64,000 nucleotides of DNA from Gonapodya sp. JEL0774 (Eukaryota). The stretch is from positions 62,001 to 126,000 of the forward strand of contig JADIIX010000046.1 of NCBI GenBank assembly GCA_027604505.1. Reading direction: 5' to 3'. Shown one piece after another: positions 50,087-64,000 of the stretch. The stretch's first letter is position 1. Each line of letters begins with the position of its first letter. Position numbers and translations under genes: made by a program. The notes under the pieces are model-generated. The model was not told the DNA's origin. It was given only the letters and a program-made list of their open reading frames with translations, and did not search any database.

Positions 50087-53000
50087 TCAAGTACCTCCGT
50101 TGACACCAGTAGTTCCGGTCTTAAACCCCGATTTCTTCCAATTACTTTTCTCCGTCGCAACAAATCCGGATCGCTTCACTCCTTCTTCCCCGCCAGTGGA
50201 CCCAGTCCTTCTGGGACGGCTCTCCGACCAACGCCCAAAGTCGGGAGTGCTTGGCCCAGTCGGCGCTTTTTTCACTTTGCGTGAAGAGGTCACCGTAATC
50301 CAAGCTTCCGCTTCTGGTGCGGGGATCGAATCTCCTGGCTTGAGGTTTGAGGCTTTCGAAACCGCGGTAGTTAGCTTCCCTGAGATTTCGTCCAGTGTCT
50401 GTGAAGGTTCAGGTGCAACGGTTACAGGGGACTGAATGGGCAAAGCAGCAGGTCTTCCCGCCTCCATAGAGCTCAGAGGTATGATGGGAGGGAGAGTTCC
50501 GTCATCTTCTAATTCCGACCAAGAAATCTTGGACGTGGACTCCGCACTAACCCTATCCTTCGCGTCCGTCATGGTGTCCGCTGTATCGTTGGTGATAGAA
50601 AGGATTGAGGCCTTTGGTGGCTGAACCTCAATTTCCCTTCCCGTCTCAAGGTCCTTTCGTTGCCCCGCCCTCTCCTCGCTCGCATCAACTGATGAAGTGG
50701 AACCATTGTCACCGATCAAGGTGGGCTCTCCAGCGTCGTCATGTGTGCCTTCCTCGTCAAATGACTCCGCAGTTTTGTTCGAGCTGTGCTCTTCATCGTC
50801 AGCGATTCCGACGGTGTCAGTAACGGGGACGACCGTCACATCAGAGCCCATGGGAAGAAGTGGTGTTTCGGTGATACATGTTACCAGAGAATTTTCTTTG
50901 GGATCTTCCACCACTGTGGAGACACCAGCGGGAGAATCATCTTTGGACTCGGCAGAGAGAATGTTCAAAAATGGAGGTACACCAGGGAGTGCAGATGTCT
51001 CATCCGACACCAGCGGATTCTCGCTGACCTCCAAAGAACTTGAGTGTCTCATCTCATCCGCGCTATCCTGCTGATCAACTTTCTGCTGGCTTGCAACCGC
51101 CACATCTGCTGTCACAACGACTACGTCTACCGTGACGCCCTTTGCAGAAGCTTGTTGCGCGCTGAGCATCGTAGCCGGCAAGAGCCACATCTCCCAGCTC
51201 TCTTTTTTCCTCATTCGGGTGCCCTCGCCTGACTCCACCTCCACCACCATGGAATCTCCCAGAGCCAGTGCAATTTGTTTGGCAGCCCACGTCTCTCTGT
51301 CAGCTTCTGCCTCAGCGCTTAACATCACCCGGAGATGTTCAATCCACCCGGAAACTCGACGAAAAGCCGCCAAGACTTTACCTTCAACCCAACCTCCGTT
51401 CGAGTCCATGTGCCTCCTCAAGAATAAGTCTCGACACAAATTGTCCGTGGAAAAGTACCACTCAACCTGCGCTCGGATGTAACTCTTTACCAGTGAGATG
51501 GTCAACTGACTTGGTATGAACAGTGTGGGGTCTGGAATTGCGAAAGCCCCGACACCTGCGGCAGTCGGACTTCCGGGTAATCCGTGAGCCATTCCTCCCG
51601 GACCAGTGTACAGGGACAGATATGCACCATTAGGGTGAGAAGCGTATGCCATGCCCGCGGCAGCCGCAGCAGCCGCAGCAGCCGTCGGGTCACCACCCAC
51701 AGCATACCCTGTTGCAGAGCCATAGTATGGTGGTTGCTGGTAGTAACCACCCGTCCCAGTGCCATAACTCTGACGTGCAGCAGACCAACTGCCATGTTGG
51801 TTTGGGTACCTGGTTGACCTACGATAGGACGGGCTGGGCGGCACTGATCCATGAGAGTATGGCCCAACAGACTCAAGCGAGTTCAGCGGGGCCGAGTACG
51901 ATCTACGCATTCGCCCTGAGTTTGGGTCGTCATCCTGACTTGTGGTTGTGGGAGCGTTAGCGACAGAGGAGGTAGGAGATAGGAAACTTCCCGCAGTGGC
52001 TGCGTCTGAGATTTTAGTCGAGTAATCCGTGGAGGCGAGTGAAATCTCAGAGGTGTTTTTGGCGGCTGCGGCGATGGGCCGTGTCCCGTCATCAGATCCC
52101 ATTGTATCCTGTGCAATTGATGTGGCACTATTGAATGGATTCGGCAGTCCAACAAAGGATCCACTGCTCCCAGAAACTCCAATCCTGTCCCCTCTGTAGT
52201 ACCCTGGCGAGTGACTGTAACCCCTGTACCCGCCCCGCCTCTCCGACGAAACGGACTCTGGGCTCCCTTTCCTCTGCGCCTGACCTACGGTAAAGGTTCC
52301 CCGCTTACCGGGTGTCTCGAGAGCTGCACCCCTTCCTGATCCCACAGCGAAGCTTCCACTCCGCCGTCCACCGTCTGACCCCGATTCATCATCGCGTCTC
52401 TTTGAGAACCCTCCGTAGCCGGACGAGGGCGGCATATTTCCATATTCGTCCCTTTTCCCATTCCCTGCTGCACTATGCCCTCCACGTTTCTCTGAAGTGG
52501 CGACAGCTACCGGGGATGAGTCCTTCTTTCCATCCACACTAGACGGGCCACCTGATGTCGAAGACGAAGAAGAACCAACTTGGTCACGGGAAGATGCTGC
52601 GGTACTCCGATTCTTCGGCGGAAGAGGTGCGTTGTAGCGTATCTCAACTTCGAGGGGTTTCCATTGCTTGCGGCGACCGTTGGTGCTGGAATAGGGAATA
52701 GCAGCGGGTGAGGAGGCTGAAAGGGAGTACGACGGAGACGAGGGAAGGGCGATGTCGTTTAAGGAAGGCGCGTAGGCGGAGCGATTTGAGGCGGAAGGCG
52801 TGGAGAGAGGCGTGGAGAGAGGCGGGGAGAGAGGCGTGGATTGAGCGCGGGCGTGCTGCGAATGCGACGAGAGGTTTCGGGTATCAAAAACAAATGCTAA
52901 GCGATACCCCTGTGGAATCACTACTGCTCTTACGTCAACTCACACTTCCCAACCCGGGGAACCCATCCGCACTCAGAATAGAAGGCACATCCAAGTTTTG

Positions 53001-53937
53001 CGCACCCGAGTTGCCCTTACCAGCTGCCGACGTGATTTCAGAAGCGGCACTGGACGAAGCAACGCCATTAACAGAGGTCGACGCGGTGGTCGGTGGCTGA
53101 AGCTGCGTCATGCGCGCTTTCCACACGTTAACAGGCGGTGTTGATGGAACGGTAGTGGAAGGGACCGAATGCGACTCATGAGCGGTTTCCCCAAAAGTTG
53201 GATCGGTTGTTGAGGGTTCTGAGGCTTTTGTGGAATTGTCCGCAGATGGAACCTCAGAACTCGAGGAACGGATTCGAGTGCAATAAACCAAACGGGAATG
53301 GCTCACCTGAAGCAGATGCTGACAGGACATCCACGGTATCCATTTTCATCCCCGTGGCTCTCACATCTACAACATCGGTTTCGAGAACCCAATTATCGGG
53401 ATTCTCGCACCCGCTTCTGATTGTCTCATGGTCTGTCGGACATGCTGCCGAGGAACTATCCCCCGCATCCAGCGAGACACCAGAATCTAGTCTTTGCTGT
53501 TCATTTACAGACGATCCGTTTACAGAAGACCCCATGACTATATCAACCGGAAGAGACGAATTCGGTGTGGGCGAAGTGGAACGAGGAGCAGAGGTAACGA
53601 TGTTCTTGGCTGGACTGGAGGAGGACGGCAGAGAAGGAGTGTAATCCGAAATTTTTGCACCAGTAGCTTTTCCGTGACCATTTGTGGTTCCGTTAGATGT
53701 GAGATGACCGCTCGATTTGCGAGGTGGGAGAACAGGGTCCGCACTTAAGGGCAAGGCATCCGTGGTTGGTGTCATCTTCTGATGCGCTTTTTTGGCCAGC
53801 TGTGCCCATGAGTTTGCAGGTTTCGCTGTCGCCGATTCCGAAGAGACGCCGTTGGATATCCCATTGTGCAATGCTGTGACACCATTTTTACGAGGCTCTT
53901 CAGACGTTGACGAGCGCTGAGATTCTGGAGAGACCAT
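50087..53937 (-). CDS. La-related protein (LARP1/Sro9/Slf1-like, La motif)
   Basis: La motif IRAQVEWYFSTDNLCRDLFLRRHMDSNGGWV...LAAFRRV. Sro9-like PPVNVWKAR and an FPGL motif lie upstream. The rest is low complexity, and a further 3' exon is possible. Confidence 0.88.
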
Positions 53938-54692
53938 TTCAGTAGGAAAAGAGGCACTTTGGAGGATGGTGACAACAGAGAATCAGGGTCTGGACTTGCA
54001 GTAACAAAGGGGGCTAAGTTAATGGGCAGAACTAATGGTGAGTTACACTCAGGTAAAGGCAACAATCGTCCGTTCAACACAGGTGAAGCATCATGGAGAT
54101 CCAAGAGTACAGCAATGAGGTAGTGCTGCGCTTGGTGCCCGCCTTTGGGCATGACGTGAACGGTCACAAACATCTGGTCGCCCATGTAAGAGTCGGATAG
54201 CCGCCATTCGCCAGGCATATTCAGATTGTACAGTTACAAGACCCTTACATCTGTTTCCGGTAATCCGCAGCGCCGTTTTCCTTCACCCGATGAACCTGGT
54301 CGGCTTCCGCCCCACTCCAAACTTTCGGTGACGGAATCGGCTCGCTAGGCCGGATGCGTTCTTATTTTCCTTGTGGTCGACGGTCTTGTCCCAAGAGACG
54401 CACTGGAAGACACCTGCTTGGTTCCAAGACTTGTCGACACAAAAAACTGAATTCGGGGGAGACCTCCCTGAAGTTGCGGACCACAGCCAATCAACCATTC
54501 TATCATCACTGCACCGAACCTCGGCACGAGGTGGGAGCCAGCCTTGCGCTTAGACAATCAAGGTTGAAAGCATAGAAGAGATCCTTGATGAAATATTGAG
54601 GAAATACATGACACGAGAATAGCTTCTATAAAATGTTGTGAACCTTGATATCTATGGGGTATTGAGGGAGCTCAGATGCCCAGCTTTCATGA

Positions 54693-57600
54693 TCAACTAA
54701 GAACAGCTCCACTTTGACCGTTCTCCAGTATGGCCATCAGCTCTTTATATTGTGTGGTCTCCAGGTCCGTCACATCAAAACCCAGTCGTACTTGAGAGCC
54801 TCGAGTGCCAATCGAAGCTGGTACACGGTATCGAAGAGTATGGATAGCGAGCATTCCGTTAGAACCAACATGTGTTTCCCCCGCAGGGGCACGAGGAACC
54901 AACCCTACCTTCACAGTAAAACCAAGCTTTGATAACCTCGACAGCATGCAACATCGCTGCAGCAACCTGTGTTCCTCCAAACTCTCTTGTTCGGCTATTT
55001 TGTTTCCCAAAAATTCCAGCCAACCATCCACCCTCTTCAACTGACGTTACCCTCTCGCCCAATCCATCCAAAATTTCATCCCATATACAGAGCAAAGCCC
55101 GATTAGGAATTGGCCCTCCAAGCAACATCTTGTCTTGCACACCACGTGGTACAGCCCTCCTCGCCAATGCCGCACCCTGATCACCTGTTCCTGCCGCCAA
55201 ACAGGAGTTGATCGTCCCCAGGGACTCATCCAAGTACTTCAGTACCTCTGCCATCTCTTCTTCCACCTCGTCTCCAGGTCTACCATCTGAAGCCACCTTC
55301 TTCACCGCATCCCATATGCCGCTCGCCACGCACCATCCCACCCTTTCCGCCACCGTACGCACTCCATCACGCAGCGCGCTGCGAACGGAGCTAGCGGCAC
55401 GGATCACCCAGAAACGCATGTCGGATCTGAGAATCGGGTCCATGTCTGCACCTGCCCGAGAGAGACGGACAAAGATTTGCCCGACTGATGCTCCCTCCCG
55501 TTTGAGCGCAAGGTCGTGTTCCTGAGGTAGGTAATTGTGTAGATCTGTCACACGGTCCATATCAGCCGACGGAGGCCTAACAGGATCCGTGGGATGAGCA
55601 AGCTCCAGTAAAACCTTCGCCTCACCAACCACGCCTTGCTTTACTCCGTCTCTCCCTGTCTTCCACACATCAAAACTGAGTTCTACGTCACTGGGTGTGG
55701 GAATGCTGTGAATTCTGGCAACTTGGCCCCACTCCACCACCCCCATGCTCTCTGTGTCAGCAGTGCTAGTTCTGAACAGTGCACCAGGTGCCTTCGGATC
55801 AATCGGGTGAGGCGATTCATATGGTGGGTGGTTCCGAAGAAGGCGGTTTGCTCGATCCGCGCGCCATTCGTTTTGGTGCTCGCGAGCATAATTTGGTTCA
55901 GCAAAAGATACAACGCAGGAGTAGCTGGAATACAACGGAGCCGGATGAGTCGGACAAATGGTACTCGAAGTACCATATCGTAATGTTTTGACTTTCCAAC
56001 TCACCTGTTTCCTCCTCCACTCAACCCATCGGGATCCCTTAGTCTCGTGGCCCTAACAATTTCAATTTCGTAAATCGGGCACTCTGAAATATAGAGCCGA
56101 GCTCCGAGCAACTCCTTTGGTGGAACTTTCGGTTTCGGAACCAGTTGGGCATATTTCGATATTTGCATGCTTCGCAATAATTCATTGAGGCGTGTGAGAA
56201 AGATCGCGAGATTGTTGAGAGCTACACAAAGCTAATTTGTGGACAAGTGATAATGTAGAGGAAGAATCACACCCAATCAACAGCCATCTAAGCGCTATTT
56301 CTTGACACTGCATACTGCCCACCTGTATTGTAACGTTATGTTTACCTTCATTCCGAGTGACCTGGGCAACAACACTTCTCTCCACGCTCACGACTTCTGC
56401 GGCAGCTCTTTCAATTGCCCTTGCATATCCACACAGAAATTGAGCCTTCACCGTCTCACTCGACCACGCTAGGCTGCAGATGACAGAGAGCACTGACGAA
56501 AAGACTGCGAAGACGTCATCAAGTAAGGAGGAGTGAAGGGCTGTCGGAGGATTCATTGGGAGGTGCTTCGGAGCAGGGCAGAGAAATGGTTGTAACAGGC
56601 TGCAGTCATCCGGGAAGAAGAGCTCACCTTGTCTTCTTTGTAACAGTCCCTCACCCATGTTGGAGCTCCGAGCTCCAAAACAGCGATGAGTCGCTCAAAG
56701 GCGTCCTCGGACCACTCATTTGCAGAAAACAAGGAACTCCCGGGGGCCAAAGATGAACCAGGTGGTAGGGTGGAAGCGCAACTACCCTCGAGGGACTTGA
56801 GCGTCTTCACATTCCAATGAAGACGGGTGAACTATATCAGCTCCTATCCCATAAACTTCGCCTCGAGCCCAATACATACCTTGTGCAATCCTGGTGCCAC
56901 TCTTAGCAATCGAATCATTTCGGAGGTTCTGTAGGTGACTATCGAACCCAGAGGCTTCCGATTGGCGCGATCTGACTCCATTTCGGGTGCAAAATAGCGT
57001 AGCAAAAGAGTTTCAATTGCGAGACGTGCGACGCTGGTAGACCTACGCGGGTGGACGGGCAGATATATGCGATTTCGCGAGTTCCCGCAGGTCCAGTGAA
57101 ACCCACCCGACAGCAACCCGACCCAATTTTTCCTGCCACTTTTTGACAATTTGTTCCACTTCACTTGCCGCTATGGCCATCAATTCGATCCTCTCCACTT
57201 CCTCCTCTGCACCTCCTTTGGCCTTCCTCTCCCTCTCCCCTTGATCTCCAACCAGTCCCCACCTCCCCGCTATTCCAAGCCACATCTGGGCACACATTGC
57301 GTACACAGACTCCCTCAGCTGCTCCTCCGCATCTTCTGGCGACGTGAGCAACGTCAAAAGTTGGATTGCTGAATTCAGCATATCACCATCACAACGAGCG
57401 AGTGCCTCCGGTACGAGAGATTGGCACCCTCGCAATACAGCATCGGTAACAGTGGAGAGGAGATGCAGGTCGCAGTGGGATGCGAGAGAATCTGGCACGG
57501 TACAAAGTTCGTGGGCGGTCCGTAAGGCAGACCATACCGCCGCTGCCGGAGGCCAAATGGCGAAATCTGCACTCAGTTGAGATTTTTTTTCAATCTCCGA

Positions 57601-60010
57601 GGGTGCAATGTACGCCGCCGCGACCGCATATGCCGTAGCAGATGCCACCGCCTCCTCGCTCAGCATCCACCTCTGTGCACACTCGCCGAGCAGAGCTTGT
57701 GAGACTGGCAAGAAACACTCGCGTGGTGTGGTGGGAAGTGCGGCGGTGGTGGCAAATAAGTAAGGAACGTCGTGAAGTACGAGTAAACGGGCAAGAGTGC
57801 GGAACGCCGACGGCGGGTCGCGTGGTACATCGACGGCTAGGTTGGGACCGGGCTGACCCGTACACATAATTTGCTTGGTGCCCAAACAATTGATTTCCCT
57901 CCCACTCACCCCTCCAAACCCCTCCCACCTCCCATAACACCGTTTCATTGTTTTATCGACGCTCCGAATGCTTTGGGCAGTCCATGCGGCATGTGCGGCT
58001 CGAGTGGGGAAGTCACGCGGTGTGTGAAGCGGGTAGGATGAAGCGGTGATTAGATTGCGGCGGGAGAGAAGGGAAGCATAGATGGACTGTAAAAAACGTG
58101 CAATGCGTAACTTCAGAAACGAGGCTGACACAGTGCATCCAGGCACGTCGAAGATAAAACAACTAACCTCTTTCGTCACCTCTTTGCTTTCCAATTTGGC
58201 ATCGTGTTCCCATTGAGGTTTCTTTCCAAATACGCTTCCAACCCAAGCTGGGAAAGCCGCTCCCATATCAACAGAATGAATAGAGTGTGAGTGGGATAAA
58301 GCTGATTCGGGCAATCCTAGTAAGGAGTTAGAGCGAGAGGGTGTCAGTGATGTAGGAGAGCTGGGAGGGGTGTTCGAGGATGAAGGTGGGGACACATGCG
58401 AGAGGTTCCCTAAGGATGCTTCCGACCCAATATCCACATTGCGCACGTCGTCGAGTACACTGGCAACCATGTATCGGTAGCTTCGCCACTCTGGGTGCTC
58501 GAGGAAAGTCTTGGCCGCTTCTTGCTCGCTGTTGATTTCCCAGTGTGGTGGTGAAGTTGCGACTGCGAAGAAGGATGTGGCACTGTTGCGGCGAGGATCA
58601 AATGAAGTCACAGAGGGCACTGCCAAATCGCGGAGAAGGCGGACCAGTGCATCACAGCAGTGTAGGAGGGCAGAATCCTTGGAGATGTGAGAGTGGTAAG
58701 GGGAGTCGGGGGAGTGTGTGAAGAGGAGGGAGAGGGAACTGGAAGGGAGGGTTGCGAGGTGGGCGCGGGCAGTGACAGCAAAGAAACCTTGAATGCAAAG
58801 GTATGAGAGAGGAAGTATACGTTAGCGAAATGACAATGAACTACTGGGTGTCGCATATCCGGAGCGTCAATAGTTCTGGGTGTACTCTTGTAGATTTTGT
58901 GGCCACTGCACTGCTACTGGAAATACATCCGGAGCGCTCCCAACCTTGACTTGACATGGATAATCCACAAACATAGCAACAAGCCACCCGTGCCTATTGG
59001 TGCTAAGCGCACTTTCCAGGAATCGGTCTAGGCGACTCCAATCGATCCACCTTCGACCTACTCCGAGACTCACGAATAAAGTCTTCAAAGCGAGGGTAGA
59101 GTGATCCATCAAAAGATCTTCCACCGAATGTTTTTCCTTTGGTAAGGGTTTGATCGTATACAGAAATAAGCGCGCATCGGAAAAGGCCCTCCAGTCCGAT
59201 TGTGGGAGAGATTGATGCATTGACAGTTGAGAGGCTGGAGCTAGATGTTGAGGGTGAGGGAGTCAAAGAGTTTGATGGTGTCGAGCGTTGACGAGACAAA
59301 GAGAGGCGCACTATGTTGGCTTGTGAAGGTGAGTCCACAAGGTTGGCACAGTAACTGCGGAGTTCTCGGAACAGTGAGTCTGGGAGACGTAAGGGAGATT
59401 GTGGTGCGGAGGAGGAGTTAGAAAATAGCGGAATGAGAGAAATTCGGAGAGCGTATGAGTAGAGCGTATCGAGAGGGTGCGTGAGGAGGAGTGCAGATAT
59501 CGGTCTCCGCATTGTCGAAGGTGTCCTTTCCAAAGGTGGCGCGGGTGGCATAGTTTGAGGTGCCGGCAAAGCATAAGAGAATTCTTGGTGTTGTTGGGTT
59601 GGTCGCTGGGGTAGGTGCGAGTGCTGTGAGTTTACCCCCCCCTGCTGTGGAGGTGGTGGAAACTGTGCAGGCGACACGTAATCTCGGGTGGGAAAATGAA
59701 AGTGAGATTGCTGTACAGCTTGTGCCTGTGGTGCAGCTTGTTCTGTGAGTGATGGAGTGCGGGCTGTTGTTGGATTCTGGTTTGTGTCAAAATACGGTGT
59801 CGCTGGCGACACCAATGACGAGGAGGCGTTAACCCGTCTCATGCCAATAGCCGACGATTGCCGTGGAGGTGGAACACGCATCGTCGCACCAGCCGCTGCT
59901 AAATTCTGCTGCGAGTACGGTGGCCCTTCCCGATCTCCAGCGAAAATCTCATGCATTCCTCTATCGATAGTGGGATCATCTACCGAGTTGTTCCCTAATC
60001 GATCCTGCAT
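54693..60010 (-). CDS. Large fungal Munc13-like (MUN/MHD + C2 domain) protein, Git1/Ync13-like
   Basis: Multi-exon, about 1500 aa. LYSYALRISL, VPRDPPSAFRTL and SQALLGECAQRW resemble N-terminal blocks of this fungal family as I recall them. A C2-like beta region lies at ~55450-56100, followed by helical C-terminal exons. Confidence 0.55.
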
Positions 60011-60615
60011 GCAAAAAGTCAAAGATGCAGTTAGGAGAGGGAATTCCCTGAAGCCGAGATCTTCAGTGTGCAGCTCGGCGGAACCTAGCTTCCTGCCTCA
60101 GCTGTTCCCAAGCAAGTATATATAGTGTTCAGACAGACAAATTACAACTCCTATTATGTAGTCGTATCGCTGTACTCAAACAACTATGTATTATTGTAAT
60201 GGGAAAACTGTTTGTGAAGCCGCGACTACACTCCGAGAACTTTACGGCACCGATCTTCGCAACACGGCCTCCAAAGACTTTTGCACTTGCCGCAAAGTCC
60301 TCCCTGTGTGGCTTTGCAGTAGCAATATTTCCCTCTTTCTCGGCCAACATTCAAGGACTGCAATACATCGCTCACGGATAAACGGAGCTGTCGCACCTTG
60401 TACAATCTTGAGTGGGTTTTACCCATGAAAATGCTGTTCAGAATAAACCACAACTCCCTGTTTCTCGGTCTATTGGGTCGTTGAGTACAAAGAACTGTAG
60501 AGCCCTACGGCTGCCTAACGCTACAATTTAGCTGAGACACGCACCTGGAAACAGTCCTCTATTTGCTCCGAAGACGAAAGAATATTCCATCTCAAGTCCT
60601 CCCACCTTCCCCGAT

Positions 60616-61547
60616 TCAGCTCTCCGCGAAGGCCAGTAGGGAGATCCCAAAGAGTCCTGCTGATCCTTTTGGAGGGAACGAGGTGGGCGGAACACTCATC
60701 ATGTCCGTGAGGGGTGGTGGTGGTGGTTCACGGCTAGGAGAAGAGATTCGTACTTGGGGTAAGGTGGATGAAAGGGTGGTGGAGTTGTCAAGAGAGGCAA
60801 AGGTGTCGGCTTGCATGTCGCGAACTGCGGACTCTGTGGTTGCTGGTTGGTGCGGTTTCAACTTCGTTGAATCAACCAACACCGTTTCGCCCATCAACCT
60901 GCTTGCCTGCAGGGGGCATAAAAGAGCCTCCCGCGGAGATGTACACAGTACCCCGCAAAGCCACTGGTCGACCGGGGTGACTGGGCGGCAGAGGAAATGG
61001 CTGACCACTTGTGGTGAAAATGTCAGGATCCGAAACTGCAGCTTGAGCCTGCTGGCGTCGCCAAAATCCTGATAGGAACGCTGAGCCCGACCAGGCACTT
61101 CTGCAGTGAACTAGTTATCTCCAAAGAACAAAATGGAAACAAATTGGCTACTGTACATGCCTTTATCATCGTCCACCCGCTAGATAACTGCTGCACTTCC
61201 GCACTCTTTCTCGATCGACCTTTTTTGTAAGATCGTCTTTCACCATTCCTGCCACCCCATCAGCGTCAAAGGCCATTCTCTCTCGTTTGACTCGCTCTTC
61301 CGCTTCGTGCGCAATCTTCGTGTCTTTGGCCCTTTTTTTATTTGTGAGAGAGAGGTGCAAGTACGTTACCGGTGGCATTAACACACACAAAAGCACCACA
61401 CATTGTTGTGCTCACTTGGACGACAACTCTTCCAGCGCCTTTTCGAAGGAAGAAACGAGCCTACCAGCGTCACCGTCGCTCCAAAGTTGTCCAGGCTCCG
61501 CACAGTAATCGAAGTCCATGTTAACACTGAACGTCCGGATGTTCATG
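60616..61547 (-). CDS. Possible hypothetical gene or gene relic
   Basis: Minus-strand segments (61425-61547, 61200-61365, 60616-61098) are separated by plausible GT-AG introns. No recognisable motif. Confidence 0.35.
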
Positions 61548-63129
61548 TAGGGTAGATAGTTGTGTACACGGGGAAATCAACACCCATGGAAGTTTTTTTT
61601 TCACAAAATGATTTTTATCTGGGTGCCGCAAGGGTAGAACGGAAAGGTGGAGTGTAGTGTGTGTGCGTGTGAACTATTACTTTGAATTTTGTGTGGCTGT
61701 GGCATGGATGTACACCAAAGATCAGCGGGTGTGCAGCTGCGACCTTAAAGTGATCTCAATTTGGGCTTCCAAGACGTCGCTTGTGCAAGCCAAAGCTGTG
61801 TGAAGCCCAAAGCAGCAGACCGCTGTGCTCATACACATATAATTGAACTTCAACACCACAGAACCACCCCCAATTTCCCAGTTGTTACATAAAATAACCA
61901 CCAGGATGCAATCCATGAACAGCGCCATTGTTTTCCGGAGCAACTCCCTCATCGCCAACTGCGCAATGAAACTTCCCTTGCATGACGAACCTACTTTTAT
62001 CAACTCTGACGACAATGATTTCCAGCCAAAGCAATCTAAGCCAAGGTTGACTCCACCACCCAAGGCCAAAGATCGCTCAGGATTAGTCTGCGGGGGAGAG
62101 GAAAACAAGGTGAGTGATTGCACTCCACCTCAAAAGGCAGGAGGGATCACAGGTTATGAGATGGGCGGAGATTCTATGGCAAAAAAAGTTGAAACAGAGG
62201 GCATGAGTGGGACTCTCACCAATTGAGAGCTTTGATTCCCCGAGGAAGCGAATGCGAGTGGTGGTTCAGTCTGTTGGACATTCACACGCTTCCCATCACT
62301 GGAGATTGCCTAATCCATGGAATTAATCTTGCACATCGTTTTATAATGGATCTGCATGGCACCTAACACTCCTTTTCTTCTATCCCATATGACCATTTGG
62401 CATCTTGTTTCCACAAACCCTCCTGGTCCTCATTTCTTTCATCCAACCTCCACTGTCTCCTCACCCACAAACTGATTGTGGACACACTTGTAGAAGAAGC
62501 CTTTTCAACGGTCCAAAGGGTTGGAGATTCCACCTCCGTTGGTGGAAGTTTCTTCGAATGATCAAGTTTCTCGCAAGAGAAATACAAGTGACAAAGACGT
62601 GAGTCAACAGTCAATCCCTCTAACTTGAGGAATGAGAGAGGCAAGAGGAAATGACCTTCAGTTTCGCTTCCCGTGGTTGAAACAGGACTCCGAGACAATT
62701 GATGCAAATGGCGAGAGACCAAGAAAAACTCTCAAAACAAAACCTTCCGAAGCCGTAAGTTTTTACTCTCCCTTTCTGTTTGAGGCTTGATTTCAGAGTT
62801 GGAAATCTGACTTATCTTGACTATCATGTATCCTATCTTGGTTCTTTTGTCAATCCGAATTCCAACGCATATTTCGTGCTTCATTTTGCTCTCTCCTATA
62901 TTCCAATATGTTTGTTTCAAGTCCAAGGTGAGAGACTGCACAAGTTGACCTCTGATTCTTGGGTTATTTTGAAATGAGAACTCCATACTGACAATCACAA
63001 TCACAACAACAAAGCTTCTTCAACCGAGCGTGAGAGATTTTTTCTTCAGAAAACCCAGCTCCACGGATCATGTAAGATATTTTCAGTTATGTTCAGGCGT
63101 ACGTGTGTCGTTCCCAGTTCTTATTTTTG

Positions 63130-64000
63130 GTCTCCACTACCAGCCACCGAATGCCCTGCGAGACGAAACCAAGAAGAACTCTTCTCATGACAAACCTCAA
63201 AAAGCTGGAGCAACAGAAACGGTACATGTATATCGTTGATCTATTATGGAATCAGGTTCAATGTTCATGTCATTCATGGGGCTTGATTCACCTTGGTAGG
63301 TTCAGCCACAAGTGTTGGATCCTTTGCCCGACCTATTCCGGGGGTGCCTCGATGCTGCCCTGTGCAAGATCAAAGCTCACACCTGTTCCAACTCCGCACA
63401 GGTTGAAAAGGTCAAGGTGGTAATGAACAGTCGGAACGTGAGAGCACCAGATTGAAACTAGTCGTCAGAGATGAATGTATCACTGATACTCTGTTCTGAT
63501 TCAGGAGGAAGAGTTGATGCATATCAAAGAAGCCAGCTTGAGGGGGGGGGACGTGAAGAGACAAATGGGATGGGGCGGAGACCCTTTGTCGACGACACAA
63601 GTCAACGGAGCATTTGCCAGAAACAAAGATTATCTCGGAGAGGTAAGAAGCAACAATGGACTCTCTATGTCAGTACCTACTCTTATCTAATTTTTCTCAT
63701 TACAAGGGGCCATTCCAGTTGGAGTCTGGCTCGTACACCAACCGAGTCGTGGCGGCCCTAGTTCATGCCATCAACAGGTCATCTGTCCAGGATATCCCGA
63801 TGTCGGATGCCATGGACGCAGTCCCCAACACTTGATCGGACTACATTGTGGCAGCAGCGCACTCGAAGGCCGCCGAGAAAAAGTTTGCCGAGCACAGCAA
63901 GAAAAGGTACATCAAGTGGCTGTCAAAGCACCTAAGTGAAGGTACCTTCAACGGTTTCATATGTTGCTTGAGGTGGGCCGTTACACATACCAGGCCTCGA
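63130..64000 (+). other. Possible spliced gene fragment or pseudogene running toward the window end
   Basis: Exon-like segments bounded by AG/GT (e.g. 63300-63438, 63504-63642, 63707 onward) with an apparent in-frame TGA near 63833. No family recognised. Confidence 0.25.

Noticed and set aside
52795..52840. 12-bp tandem repeat (GAGAGAGGCGTG-like)
   Set aside because: It encodes low-complexity PLST repeats in the La-related ORF or lies at its intron boundary, and is not an independent element.
36276..53937. Apparent cluster of RNA-metabolism genes (KH protein, focadhesin, La-related protein)
   Set aside because: They are interleaved with unrelated genes and belong to a large functional class. 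There is no evidence beyond chance without synteny data.

Overview
Gene-dense, intron-rich eukaryotic DNA with GT-AG spliceosomal introns throughout, so the supplied ORF track fragments almost every gene. It most likely comes from an early-diverging (chytrid/Monoblepharidomycete-like) fungus. This is inferred from a fungal-type Itc1, an Rnc1/Pbp2-like protein and a Munc13-like protein occurring together with SNAPC3, LRRC40 and focadhesin. I reconstructed about 20 genes by eye: a Baeyer-Villiger monooxygenase (cut by the window edge), a RING-H2 membrane ligase, an EEP phosphodiesterase, LRRC40, SNAPC3, a CMP/dCMP deaminase, three paralogous atypical kinases, a 20-exon aldehyde dehydrogenase, a 3-KH protein, focadhesin, Itc1/ACF1, a La-related protein, a MUN/C2 protein and a few orphans. 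The most striking feature is a tandem gene pair at 1550-6965. One gene fuses two copies of an unrecognised ~70-aa (possibly winged-helix) repeat to an intact DEDDy 3'-5' exonuclease and a Ycf45/SpoIIIAA-type P-loop ATPase. Its neighbour is a paralog with the same two repeats, a catalytically dead exonuclease domain and no ATPase. I recognised no rRNA, tRNA, CRISPR array or intact transposon. CDS coordinates are gene spans that include introns, and start codons are best guesses.
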